From the NCBI GenBank assembly GCA_019828565.1, contig JAHDYR010000024.1:216734-280733 (forward strand): a stretch of DNA of 64,000 nucleotides, read 5' to 3'. The position numbers were made by a program, and so were the translations under genes. Positions 12,701 through 25,287 of the stretch are shown piece by piece. The notes beneath the pieces were generated by a model. It had not been told where the DNA came from, did no database searches, and worked only from the letters and a program-made list of their open reading frames with translations. Numbering within the stretch: the stretch's first letter is position 1; each line of letters begins with the position of its first letter. The DNA is from Carpediemonas membranifera BICM (lineage: Eukaryota; Protista; Fornicata).

Positions 12701-15404
12701 ACACTGCGTAGATTACAAAGAGCTGAACGACCTAACGATCAAGGACAAGTTCCCGATCCCAAATGTTAGACATTTCGTGGATCGCGCGGCAGGCTGCAAA
12801 TATTTTGCAGGCCTAGACCTAAGGCAGGGGTACTATCAGATGAACATGAGTGAAAAGGATATTCCTAAGACCGCGTTCGTTACCCCTGACTCGTACTTCG
12901 AGTTCACTAGGTGTCCTTTTGGTCTGACGAACGCTCCCTCAAGGTTCCAGCGTGCTATGCAGCGGGCCTTTGCGGAAATCCTCCATAAAGGAGTCGACAT
13001 ATACCTTGATGATATCATGGTATATGCTCGCTCGGAGGACGAGTTCGTCGCCCTGATGGAGAAAGTCTTCTCCATCTTCCGCGAGTACAAGCTACGCTTG
13101 AAAGCAGGCAAGTGCAAAATCGGCACGGACCACGTGGAGGCCGTAGGCTATATCGTCTCTGAGAGAGGGAAGCAGCTGGCTCCATCGCGTGTACAGGCGA
13201 TCTGGGATATTCCCGTCCCTGAGACGGCTAAGTCACTCCAGAGGGTGCTAGGTTCATTCAACTACGTTGCGCAGTTCATCGAAGACGCTGCTCGGACACT
13301 CCGTCCCCTGAACCACCTACTCACCACCGCCTTAAAGGTCAAGGGCTCACTCTCCGACCTTTGGACGGACGAGCATACCCAAGCTTTCGAAGCCTACAAA
13401 GCTAAGCTTACATCTGACACTGTTCTAAGCTTCCCTGACATCTCTAAGAGATGGATCCTCGAGACGGACGCGTCGAATGAGGGTCTAGGGGGAATCCTGT
13501 ACCAGGAGGACAGTGACGGCGGAAATCGCCAACTAGTGAGTTTCTTCGCAGGTGTCCACACGCCGGCTCAGTCGCGTTGGCCCACATATGAGCAAGAACT
13601 CCACGCCATCATCTACTGTCTGACTCGTCCCGACATGGCACAGCTTTTCCGTCTTAAAGACGAGATCGAGATTCATACTGATCACCAGAACTTAGTCTAT
13701 CTCTTGAAGAGAAAAGAACTTTCAAAAAAAGCTGCTCAGATGGGTTATGATTCTATCAGACTACAATTTCTCCATCACGCATATTGCGGGTGAGTCAAAC
13801 AAGATGGCGGATATGCTGTCGAGGGATATTCCTTCTGGTAACCAGGAACAAGCGAACCTGCTAGACGTGGGGGAAGCGACCCTGGGACCATCCTTAGAGG
13901 AGGTTCGGGATGACCAGGCCAAGCAGCCCGAGTCTACTAAGGAAGGTTGGGTGAAACTCGACGGAGTAACCCTGGTGGACGGCGTTTACTTGAAGGACGG
14001 CGTCCCCATTATACCAGAAGGCGATATTCGCTCGCGGTACCTCAAGGTCGCACACCAGTTCCATAGTGGAACCAACGCTACGTACCAGCGCCTGAGGACC
14101 ATGGCCTATTGGCCAGGCATGTTGCAAGACTGCAAGCGGATTGTTCGCACATGCCCGATCTGCCTTAAGGCGAGGATCAAGAACTATCTGCAGCCTGAGG
14201 CTGGGTCGTCGACTAGAACGTCACCCTGGGGAGACCGTAGCGGTCGACTCCATGGGACCTCTACCGAAGGATCAGAGGGGCGCCCGCTACATCATTGTAG
14301 CGACGGATATGTTCACGCGATACATGGAACTCATTCCGGTAGCGAGCATCGACGGAGACACCGTCGCGCAAGCCCTATGGGACAACGTATTCTCGAGGCA
14401 CGGGCTACCTAAGGAGCTCCTGTCAGACAACGGACCAGAATACGCAAACCAGATAGTCAAAGCGTTGACGGACACCCTACGGGTCAGCCATCACTTCACG
14501 ACACCTTACCACCCACAAAGCAATGGGCTGGCGGAGAGGCGTAACGCCGAGGTAGCAAGACACCTAAGGTGGATGGCTCTCTCTATCGCTCCTAAGGACG
14601 ACTGGTCGACCCTACTTCCAACAGTACGGATGATAATCAACGGTACACTGCAGGCGGCCACGGGATTTACCCCCCACGAGCTGGTCTATGGCCACACACA
14701 CAACATAATGGACAGTACTTTGTGGTCGGAAGAGACGCTAGGCGTCTTCGACTACAAAGGATTCTACGAAAACCTTAAGGTCACCCTGGCTAACCTCGAA
14801 GAGGCGGCAAAACAGGCAGTAGGGCCTCACCAGAGCCCGATCGAGACCACAGGCTTAGAGCCAGGGGACTACGTTCTTTGGAAGAACGAAGCCCCTCAAA
14901 AACTTGACACACCCCACACAGGTCCGTGGAAGGTGGTAGAGGTACTCCCCTAACAACAGAGCTAAGCTCATGTCGCTAAGCGATAACCGGCTCAAGGCTA
15001 CGCATATTGACAAGCTGATGAAGTTCGAGACTGATGTTAGCGAAGACCTTATGAGGCAGCTAGCTGAGTCGGATCAGGAGCAGTACAGAGTCGAAGATAT
15101 AGTATCTATCGACTGGAAAAAGGGTTCAGCCCGGGTCAAGTGGCTAGGCTACGATGAATTGACCGACGAGCCTCTCGGTGCCATAAAGCACCTCGAGATC
15201 ATCAAGCGTAAGGCACGCAAAGCTCGTAAGTCCCTCGACAAGTACTAAGTACCCTCTTTTCCCTTCCTTTAGCAGGTGGGTTTTTCTCGTCGAAGGGGGT
15301 AGTGACGTGGGTTTGACCACGATTGACCTTTGGTCCAACTATGCGGATTTCCCCAAGTAAACGAATTCTCTCTTCAGTTCCGGTACAGACACTTCTGAAT
15401 TCAT
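9754..15404 (-). pseudogene. PHD-finger gene of copy 3 disrupted by Gypsy A
   Basis: Matches 54087-55310; its first codons (15377-15404) are separated from the rest by the LTR element. Confidence 0.8.
10953..15376 (+). mobile_element. Gypsy A: chromodomain Ty3/gypsy, 74-bp LTRs (10953-11026, 15303-15376), 4-bp TSD GTTC
   Basis: TG..CA LTRs with 1 mismatch; PPT gaagggggtag; CCHC knuckle, DTGA protease, YLDD RT, TDAS RNase H, HHCC/DDE integrase, GPW motif and chromodomain (YRVEDI..VKWLGY). Confidence 0.95.
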
Positions 15405-15909
15405 GAGAATTTCTATCCAAGCTGTTTACGTTGTTACATTTGTCTATTTACGTAAACTCCTGGCATTGACAATACCTAAAACTGCGACATTTGTCGATCA
15501 TGATTCGAGCAACTAGCCACCAAAAGGTAGAAACGGTAACGTCAGGGCTCGTGGAAGTTGCCAAAGTACAAGATTCTTACCAAATAATCCGAAAAACTGC
15601 TCAGGGCTTGCGAAAGGAAGAAGAAATCAACAAAAAGGTGAATGACACAGAGTTTCTGCTGCAAGAGATACGCGATTTGTTTATAGATGCCATACAGACG
15701 ATGAGGGACAAGTAAAAATGACATTCACTAGCTTTGCTTCTCATTTCACATATTCTTGTGAAATATGTGAAATGTGAAACAGATTCTAGTGAATCTCATT
15801 TTTTCTTGCACTTTTTGGAGTATCTCCAGGGTATCTCCCGGGAGACTCTAGCCATTCCTACAGTATGACCTCGAGCTCCCCTGGACGCTCGAGACCGACG
15901 CTTCAACAG

Positions 15910-18900
15910 TGTAGTGGTCACCTGACCCGTATATATTTAGGCCATATTTACCACTAGGGTTCGACCCTATTTAAACACTTCGCATTGATTGTTGTTGTTC
16001 TGTGCCACCACAGTAATATTACTATCTAGATGAACGTAGAACAACTATCAACTTTCCTGGCACCCTATCTCACTAGTACGAAGCCTAAGGCATGGTATTC
16101 ATTCCGGGAAGCCTTCATTGCCCATTACGCACGAAACGCCGCTTCCAAGCCTCTGATCTTCGATTACGTCGCAGCGACGGTTTTGAAGATCATGTTCCTC
16201 GAATGCCCGGACCTCGAAGACCTTATTACTCGTGCCCGTGAGGTCACACAGCAACCCCGCGCTGCGCCTAGGGACCCCCTTCTGTTCCTCGCGCCCCCTG
16301 AGTCTGACACTGATGACGACACCGAGTCTGACACTGATAGTTCGGTCTCCGACGAGTCCGAGCATCTACCCGTTCACACACCCGAGACCCCTAACGACTT
16401 CAACAAAAGATTTATCTCAATGGTGAACGACATCTTCGGACCCCTCGACCGTCAGGACGCGCTCGACCGATTTGACTCGATTACCTTTGACACCGCCAGC
16501 AAGAACGTTTATGAGTCCATGCTCTACTACACGTTAATCTACCAGCGGACACTCGAAAACTGCGCCTCTGTACCCCCCGAAGCAGTCGAGCCTCGTAGCC
16601 AAATTCCTGAAGGGCATCCGCAATGATCGCTTACGTGAACGCTGTAAGACCTTTGAGGATAAGTCCTCCATCGCCAACACCATGCGCGCCGCTCTCTCCC
16701 AAGCCAAGAAGATGCAGCAAGCCGAGAAGGAATCCCACAAGTCGCGGAAGAAGGACGTAAATTATAGGTCCTACGCGCACGATTTCCTCGCTGCTACGGT
16801 TGAAGAGTACTTAGACGCAATGTCAGCCGAAACGCCTGAAGACGATCAAGCAGAACACCGCCCAGTCTTCAAAGTCAGACTGCACGGATCCTCCGTGCGC
16901 GCCCTCTACGACACAGGTGCCACCGCCAACTTCCTCCATGAGGCGAAAGCGAAGTCCCTGGGCCTCACCCCCATTCCTGAGTGCCACAGGGTTCGCCTCA
17001 TGTCAGGCCAACTAATCAACACCTCCCAAGTGGCCTACGATACTGTCCTGTACCCTTCTGTGACAGGTAGACCCCTCTCTGTACGCACAAAGTTTATCCT
17101 CATCTCACTCGACCATTACGATGCGATCATCGGGTTCCCACTCCTGCGCAGCGCGGGACTGATCGAGATACCCTCGCCTGACCCGACTCCGTCAAACCAG
17201 AACGACGACGACGAGATGTTCGAAAACGAGGTCGAGAGAACAGCCCCAGAATATGTGCAGTTTGCAGAAGCCAGCCAAAGGATTGTTGAAAAGTTCCCAG
17301 GCCTATTCGGGGACATTTCCAGCCCGTCCAAGCTCCCAGCATTCTCCCTGAAGACCAAGAATGACCAGGTCATCAACTGCTTCCCATATCGTCACGGCAA
17401 GCAGGTGGAAGATGAGGTTAATCGCCAGGTTGAGGAGCTGCTTGCTCTGGACGTCATCGAGCCTTCGGACTCAGCCTTCAATAACCCCATCGTCATGGCA
17501 AAGAAGAGAGGCAACAAGCTTCGCCTCTGCCTCGACTTTAGACGGCTATGCCGTGTTACGAATGAGTTTTATGCAACCAACTCCCGCAGTTTAGGGTCAC
17601 ACTTCCCCCCATGCGGACGCATTAACGGCGCCCGGAACTGCGGAACTTCTTCTTGGCGGCGGCGAACGCGGCTTCATGCTCTGGATGAGCGACGAGGTAA
17701 TCATCGAGAGCCGCTAGCTGGTCATAGTACCGGTTATAGGGTACATAGGAGTCTTCGTCGGGTGTGAGGCCTTCCCAACGGATGAGGAGCTCCAATGAGC
17801 CGTTCTTCTTCTTCTTGTGACCGACGATCTCCTTGACGGGCTGTTCGCCTTGCTCGAAAGCGGCGATCCGCTCGAGCTCGGTGTCGGATAAATCGGTCTC
17901 GAATCGGACCAGTCTGTCGGCGTGGACCGTGCTGACGCATCTTGTGACGAGGTCACGGACGCGGTAGGTGTTCGGGTGTTCGCCCTTCCCCTCCATGCGG
18001 AAGGGTCCGCGCAGGGGGGTGTAGATCTTAGCCGGGGGCTTGCCCGGGTAGCGCAGGAGAACGTATTGTTCTCTCTCCCACGCATGAGTGTCTGCTGTGG
18101 CCTTGGCCTTGCGCGCCTCGTACGCGCGAATCTTGACGCGGGCGAGGGCTTGTAGAGCGGCTACGTCCTCCTGGAAGCGGACAATCTCACCTTCATCAAC
18201 GCTCCCAGGGGTGCAGCTCTTCGTGGCGTTTGCCAGAGCGATCGGGGCGACCCGTAGCGTCGATTCTTTGCCGAACAGCAGTTCGAAAGGGGAGCGACCG
18301 GTGGTGGCGTGGCGGGTAGAGTTGATGACGTGTTGAGCGAGCGGTAAATAGGCGGGTCAGTTGCCGTCCTCTGCGTCTAGGAGGAGCGCTCTCATGCGAG
18401 ACATGATCGTGCCGTTGAGTCGTTCAACGACTCCGTTGCTGGCCGGATGGTAAGGGGTTGAGAACCTGTGCTGAAGACTGATGATGGCGTTACACTCGGC
18501 AATGAGGGCGTTACGGAATTGAGTGCCCTGGTCGGTTTGAATCTCCTTTGGGACTCCGAACGTGGACCACACATCCAGCATCGCTGCTGCAGCCTCTTCG
18601 GCCTTTGTAGTAGCGACCGGACGGAGGATCGTGAACTTGGAGAAGACATCCACGATCGTGATGATGTAGGACATGCCGGCCTCTTCCGGAAGGGGGCCTA
18701 TTGTGTCAAGCTGGACCGTCTCGAAGGGCTTGAGTCGCTGCGTGGAGTGCCACTTCGTCTTCTCGCGGGCAGGGGGTCTAACCTTCTGGCAGACAGCGCA
18801 ACTTCTGAGGGTCTCCCGGACGTCCGATTTCATGTCGGGCCAAGACTGCCCGGCGTTGCGGAGATTTTCCATCGTCTGAGCGACGCTGAAGTGGCCCTGT

Positions 18901-21900
18901 GCACCGGCGTGGTCCTGGTTGATGAGGTGACGGTGAGAACTGGAGACCTGTTCGATAGCGGCCTTGAGGTCGTCTCGGTCCTCTGGGACGCTGCTAGGAC
19001 GGGACAGCGAGTCGGCGACGACGTTGTGGACACCCTTGATGTGGGCGATGGAGTAGGGGTATTCGGTCATTGTCAGGCGCCAGCGAGTAAGCTTTTTCGT
19101 GCCCTCCTCGTCCGTCTTTCTCAGGAGCCAAATAAGGTTCCGGTGATCGGTTCTGAGAGAGAACGGCTTAATCTTAAGGAGGGCTGAGAACTCCGGTCGA
19201 GTTACACAGTGGATGATCGCGTAAAGCTCCTGTTCGACGGTCGACCACCTTTGCTGAGTCTCGTCCAAGGTCTTGGAATAAAAAGCGAGGGGAACCTTCT
19301 CAACTCCTTCGCCCTGCCAGAGGACCCCGCCGATCGCTACTGAGGAGGCATCGGTCTCCAAGGTCCAGGGCTTGTCTAAGTCTGGGAGGGCGAGCGCCGT
19401 GTGTTCGGTGACCAGGTCTTTCATCTTAGCGAAAGCGGCGTCCTGCTCGGCGCCCCAGGCCACGGGGGACGACTTCCCCGGAGAGCCCTTAAGCAGCCGG
19501 TTGAGAGGTGCTGCGGCGTCGGCGAGATGGGGAATGTAATTCGACAAGTAGTTGAACTTGCCGAGGGATCGACGGAGTTCCGACGTGGTGGTCGGAGGAA
19601 AGAGGTCGCGGATGGCCTGGACTCGAGCGGGGGCAACGGATCTGCCCATCTCGTTAACGATGAAGCCGCACACCTCAACCTCGGAGAGGCCGAGGGCACA
19701 CTTGTCGGCCTTCAGTCTGACGTTGGCCGCCAGTAGATGATCGAAGAGATCCGTGATGGCGCTCTTGAACTCTTCCTCCGTGTGCGAGTAAGTGAAGATA
19801 TCGTCGACGTAGGCTTTGGAGCTCTTGCAGTCTTCCAACACCTCGTCCATCGCTCTCTGGAACTTGGCCGGGGCATTCTTGAGCCCGAAGGGGGTACGAA
19901 GAAACTCGTAATGACCGCCTGGGATAGTGAAGGCGGTGAGTGAGACGCTGTCGGGGTCCATACGTTGCTGCCAGTAGCCGCTTCGGAGGTCGAGCGTGCC
20001 GAAGAGTGAGCAGCCGCTTGCCCTCATGGACGAAGGAGCGGATATCTGGTGTCGGGTAGCGATCGTCTTCGGTGGCTTCATTCAGAACGTTATACGCGAC
20101 GCAGAACCTGTCCTCACCGTTCTTCTTCTTCGCCATCACGTGTGGGGATGAGTACGGCGAGTCACTTGGGCGGATGACTAATTGTTGGAGCATCTTGTCG
20201 ATTTCAGCGGCGGCGCTGGACGCTTGGGAACCCTTAAGGGGGCGTGGTCTTGCCTTCGGGAGCCTGTGGTCGCCAGGCTTCAGGGTGATCTTGTGTGGAC
20301 GCAACTCGCTGCCGTCCTCTGGCAGCTCGCCGAAGAGCTCGCGGCGTTCGTATAGGAAGCCTTCGAGCCACTTAGTGAGGTCTGGATTGTCATCGTAAGG
20401 GATTCGGACCTTCTTCCACTCGTTATCAACATCAATCTCATCTGTGCAGGAGTCGAGATACGGGTGTGGAGGCAGATTGTCGTTGTCGGAGATGGTGGCG
20501 GATGACGGGATCAGCAGTCTGTCGTTCATGAGGTAGCCCAACCTTCTGAGGAGGTCGCGGCCGATCAGGACCTTTCGGCGTTTGGCGCGGATCACCATCA
20601 GCAATGCGGTGGCCTGCACGGTCTTGCCATCGATAGACGGGAGAGTGATGTCGACCTTTGCGGCCTTACCGATGGAGATGACCTCGTCGCCGGCGTCGAA
20701 GAGCTCGACTGAGGTGTCGATGAGCTGGTAATTCGGGACCTTCGCTAGTGCGGGCTCCGAGATGACTGAGACGCAGGCTCCGATATCGAACTTCGTCTTG
20801 ATTTGGACACCGTTGATCGTGGCCGGGACGTTGATGGGGTCGTTGTCGATCTCAACAGCCCCCACCTCATAGACGTCACCTTCGTCCTCGGACTCGGCGT
20901 CATCTGAGGCGTTGTTGTCGACTTCATGGACGTCGCGCTGGCCGCGCGAGTTGCGAAGCTTTGAGGAGTCCCTCAGGAACATGTTGCCGGCCCGACGGTC
21001 GGACTGCGTACCGCTGGTCTGCTTCTGGTCGTTCTTCCGCGGCTGAGAGGAGCCGGAGGTGCCCTTGGACTGGTTGTCCTTCTGCCGTGCGAGGAACCTG
21101 CATGACTCTGTCGTATGGTTACTGTTCCACCCATGAGACTTGCACCACTTGTTGAAGTGCTGTGGGATGGCATACTTGTGCTTGTCTTTGAACTGGAGAT
21201 AGGGATCGCTTGTATGGGGCAGTACTGTCGGCTTTTTGCTTGCCAGGGGCGCGACGGCCGCTGTCTTTCTGGTCGGCGGGTTGGGATGTTACCGCGAACG
21301 CCCGCCACGGGACAATAACGCGTTCGTCGTGATCGACGTCGAGGTTCTCGAGGCGAGAAAGAAGATCGTCGATTGACTCGGCTGGGTCCTCGATGATGTC
21401 CTCGTAAAGAGCCTCGGCGTCCTTGCTATAGCCCTTGAGGAAGATCGACCCCAGTAAGCGCTCGGTCGAGTTGTAGGTTAGTGCCTCGATGTCTGGGACG
21501 CATGGATCGTAAGCGTTGAGGATCCTACGTAGCTTGAAGACGGCGAGTCGGTGCTCGACGGCTGGGCCGAAGAATCTAAGGCCGGATGCCTTGTCGCGCA
21601 CCATCTTCAGTCTCGATCCCATGTCGAGGGTCGGTAGGAGCGTATAAACGATGTAGGGGATGATCGCCTTTGCCTCGGCGCGGAGGTAAGCGTAAACGTC
21701 GGGGAAATCAGCACGCTTTGGCCAGGCGGCCAGGTCGGGCTTCTCATCTATGGTGGGCTCCGGGACCTTGTCAGAGAAATCTGGGAGTGTCATGTCGGTC
21801 CCGTCAGGCACGGGGACAGTCGGGGTTGCGGCGCTGAAGAGGTCGGACCATCTGTTGGCCGCGGGGTCCTTCATGTACGAGGTGATGAATGTCCTGGCCT

Positions 21901-24900
21901 TCTCAGTGGCCTCCGGGATTGCGCGTTGTATCTCTGCCGAGATTGACTCCTTTGTCAGGCTGGTGAGGGCCGGGTCCTTGAAGTTTGAAGAGACCCGCAC
22001 ACACTCTGCGTACTGCGCTCGCTTGCAGGCCGCCTCAAAGGCAGCAGCGAAACGCTTGGCGATTGCATCTGCGGTGGGATTGTGGGATATAGCTTGCGGA
22101 GCCTCGTCCGAACGGGCCTGAGCTCGGGCTTCGGCGTCAGACATAATGGAGGTCTGGAGGCTCTCAAGAGTGGGAAATTTCGCTGTCGGACGCCAATCAC
22201 GCTTTAACTTCGCGACCGTGTCCGCTGTGAGCGTTTGGATGAAAGAAGTTGGGTTTCTCTCGTGGATAATTGCAGTGGTGTAATCCGCGAGCGCCTGGAT
22301 TGCGCTTTCTGGATCATTAGTCGTGAATTGCTTCATTTCACCGGTAATATCGATATTATGCCGTGTTACGAATGAGTTTTATGCAACCAACTCCCGCAGT
22401 TTAGGGTCACACGGCTGAACCTTATCACCCAGGCCGAGGAGCATCCCCTACCCCTCATCGACGACTTGATTGATCACCTACAAGGCCAACAGTTTTACGC
22501 CACGCTGGACCTATCCAAAGCGTTCCACCAGATCATAATCAACCAGGACTCGCGCAAGTATACCGCTTTTGTGGCTGGTGGGAAGAAATACCAGTATAAG
22601 CGGATGCCCTTTGGGCTTCGTAATGCTCCCATCCACTGCCAGAAAGCCATGGAACACATTCTGGGTCAATCCCTTTATACTCAGTGTCTCGCTTACATAG
22701 ATGACATTGTCGTCTTTGGAGCGAACCGTGACGAGTTCCTGAAGAATCTGGAGGACGTGTTAGCTCGCATCCACGCGGCCGGTCTGAAGCTTAATCCTTC
22801 CAAGACGGTCATTGGAGCGACTTCCATCGACTATTTGGGCTGGCGAGTAGACAAGGACGGTAAGCGGATCTCCCCCGACCGTCTGGAGGCCATCCATGAT
22901 CTCAAGGAGCCGACTAGTCTGACGGACGCCCGAGCCTTGCTCGGGTTCGCGAACTACTTTCGAGCACTCATTGAGCGTTACGTCGATATGACTGAACCCA
23001 TCACCGAGCTCACCCGAGCCGCCGAAAAGTTCGTTTGGGGCGACCGACAACATGACGCGTTTGAGCAGATTAAGCGAGAGCTTCTACTGCAGCGCACGCT
23101 GGTCCACCCCTGTCCCGACGAACATCTCCACATTTTTACGGACGCATCAGACTACGGCATTGGTGGCGTGCTGATGAACGCGGAGTTTAAGCCCATCGCG
23201 TTCTTCGCCAAGACGCTCACGCCCCAACAGCGCCGTTGGTCTACGATAGAGAAAGAGTGCTACGCTCTGTACTTCGGTACTACCAAGTTCAGACGCTATC
23301 TCGCTGGACGAGACTTCACAGCTCATCTAGATCACCGTAACTTGGTCTACATGGACCGTTCCTTGAATTCCAAGGTGATTAGGTGGAGCCTCGCACTGTC
23401 TGAGTACTCATTCGACATCGTACACGTTCCAGGTTCCGATAACTCTGTAGCGGACACCCTGTCCCGCCTCGTTCACCTGGACGAGACCTCCGTCGAACCT
23501 TCCCCTCCACCCGAGGCGCATCGGGAATCCTTCCAAGAAGCACATGGCGGAGATGCTGGTCACCTTGGCCGTGATGCCACCTGCAAACGCATCATAGCCG
23601 CCGACAAGGGCTGGCCTGGCATGCGCCGGGACGTTACTGCCTGGATAAGACAGTGCCCTGTTTGCCAGTTGACACGCCTCAAGCTTTCACCGTTTCCCCA
23701 AGCGACCCATCCCATGACCGGCAGCCGACCCTTCGAAGTAGTGGAGGCCGACACCATTGGTCCCCTCTCACTGTCCGGGCAACACCGCTACGCGGTTGTG
23801 ATTATCGACACGTTTACTAGACTCACCCAAGCCTACCCCACGAAGAGCACGGACGCTGTATCTGCACGTTCGGCTTTATCGACATGGATGAAACACTATG
23901 GCTCCCCGACATGCTTGATTACCGATGGTGGCTCACAGTACCATAACAGAACCATCAGAGAATTTTGCCAAGACCACGGTATAAGACACGAGATCGGTAC
24001 GCCTTATCATCCTGCGGGACAGGGTGCTGTTGAAAGAGCGAACAAAGAGGTGAAGAGACACCTACGCGCCTGGATTCTCGAACATGACGACGACTGGGAG
24101 GACGCCTTACCACGAATCACGAATATAATCAACAACGCACCTCTAACCGCCTCCAACCTGTCGCCGTACGAAGTCCTATACGCCAGGGACGTCCACGAAC
24201 CGACTAGACAACCTTCCCTCACCGTCGACCACTTCCGTACCACCCTACGCTGTTTACAGAGCAGACAACGCGCTGTCGGTGGCCAAACTCCAGCGCAGAG
24301 CCATCCAGCGAGTCATCTCCTTGGATCCGCCGCCATGATCCAGCGCAAAACTGCCATAGGCATCGTACCCCGGGGCCCGGTCCGGGTCATCTCCACCAAT
24401 CCCGACCGCCCCAACACCTACGTCGTTCAAGACCTCACCACTGACCACCGCCTGACAGTACATGCCTCTGAGCTTTACCAGTTCGAGGGCAGCTACACTG
24501 ACGCTGAGCTCAAACACTGGGCAGCCCGCAACGAAGGAGAGTACGTGGTTAGGAAGGTTGCTGACCATCGCCGACAAGCGGGCAACCTTCAGTTCCTCCC
24601 TCTTGTGGGAGGGTTACGATGACGACGAAGGCACATGGACCGATTACAGCCGCGAAATCGATGGATTAGCTGCCCTGGACGCATACATTAATGAGCATCC
24701 GAGATTGAAGCTTCCATCACTCAGGAAGGGACGCCACGCCGGTAAATCCCCCTGAGACGTGTGCTGTTGATGTTGTTTGATGAAGAAAGAAGAGAAGAAG
24801 AGGAAAAGTGATTGCAATCACGAGGATAATGATAATGAACGCAAATGATCACCTAAGAGAGAGAGAGAGAGCGTGAACTCGCCGAAACGAACTAATGAGA

Positions 24901-25287
24901 AGCGATGAAACTGAAGAAGCGAGACAGAAGCGCGAAAGAGACAGAAATGGAGAAGAATGAAGTATAGAGCGTGAAGAATATCATAGTTACGTACCAATCC
25001 GTCGTCACTGGCAACTTAGACGCAATGACTCATTTTGTGCCAAATCTGACAAAAAGGACCAAATTTCCGAAGATCGCAAAAGGAATTTAGATTAGGTCTG
25101 GGGACGACAAGATCTTTTATATTTGATCGATATCTTTCAATTTGATGACAATCCACAATGTTATGGTGGAAGTCATGGGGGCAGTGTAGTGGTCACCTGA
25201 CCCGTATATATTTAGGCCATATTTACCACTAGGGTTCGACCCTATTTAAACACTTCGCATTGATTGTTGTTGTTCTGTGCCACCACA
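15910..25287 (+). mobile_element. Gypsy B: chromodomain Ty3/gypsy, 103-bp LTRs (15910-16012, 25185-25287), 5-bp TSD AACAG; contains Gypsy C
   Basis: Identical TG..CA LTRs; gag 16030, DTGA protease, RT LCLDFRRL|NLIT split by Gypsy C, YIDD, integrase and chromodomain to 24755. Confidence 0.95.
17548..22411 (-). mobile_element. Gypsy C: chromodomain Ty3/gypsy, 53-bp LTRs (22359-22411, 17549-17601), 5-bp TSD CGGCT
   Basis: Identical LTRs; PPT ggggggaag; gag from 22336, DIGA protease, YVDD, TDAS, integrase, chromodomain (IRWEG). Confidence 0.95.

Larger units (their letters stand above)
8773..15867 (+). mobile_element. Cargo DNA transposon copy 3: truncated right arm (protease, PHD gene, right TIR), interrupted by Gypsy A
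   Basis: Near-identical reverse complement of 53624-56298; ends ...gccattcctaCAGTATG at 15867. Confidence 0.9.

Noticed and set aside
10949-15380. Gypsy A LTR extended to include GTTC with no TSD
   Set aside because: GTTC follows both LTRs but also precedes the 5' LTR. TG..CA ends with a 4-bp TSD, as in Gypsy E, fit better, although this is not provable from one copy.
24756-25184. AG-rich tract in the Gypsy B 3' region as an env-like gene or ncRNA
   Set aside because: Low complexity, with no ORF or evident structure.
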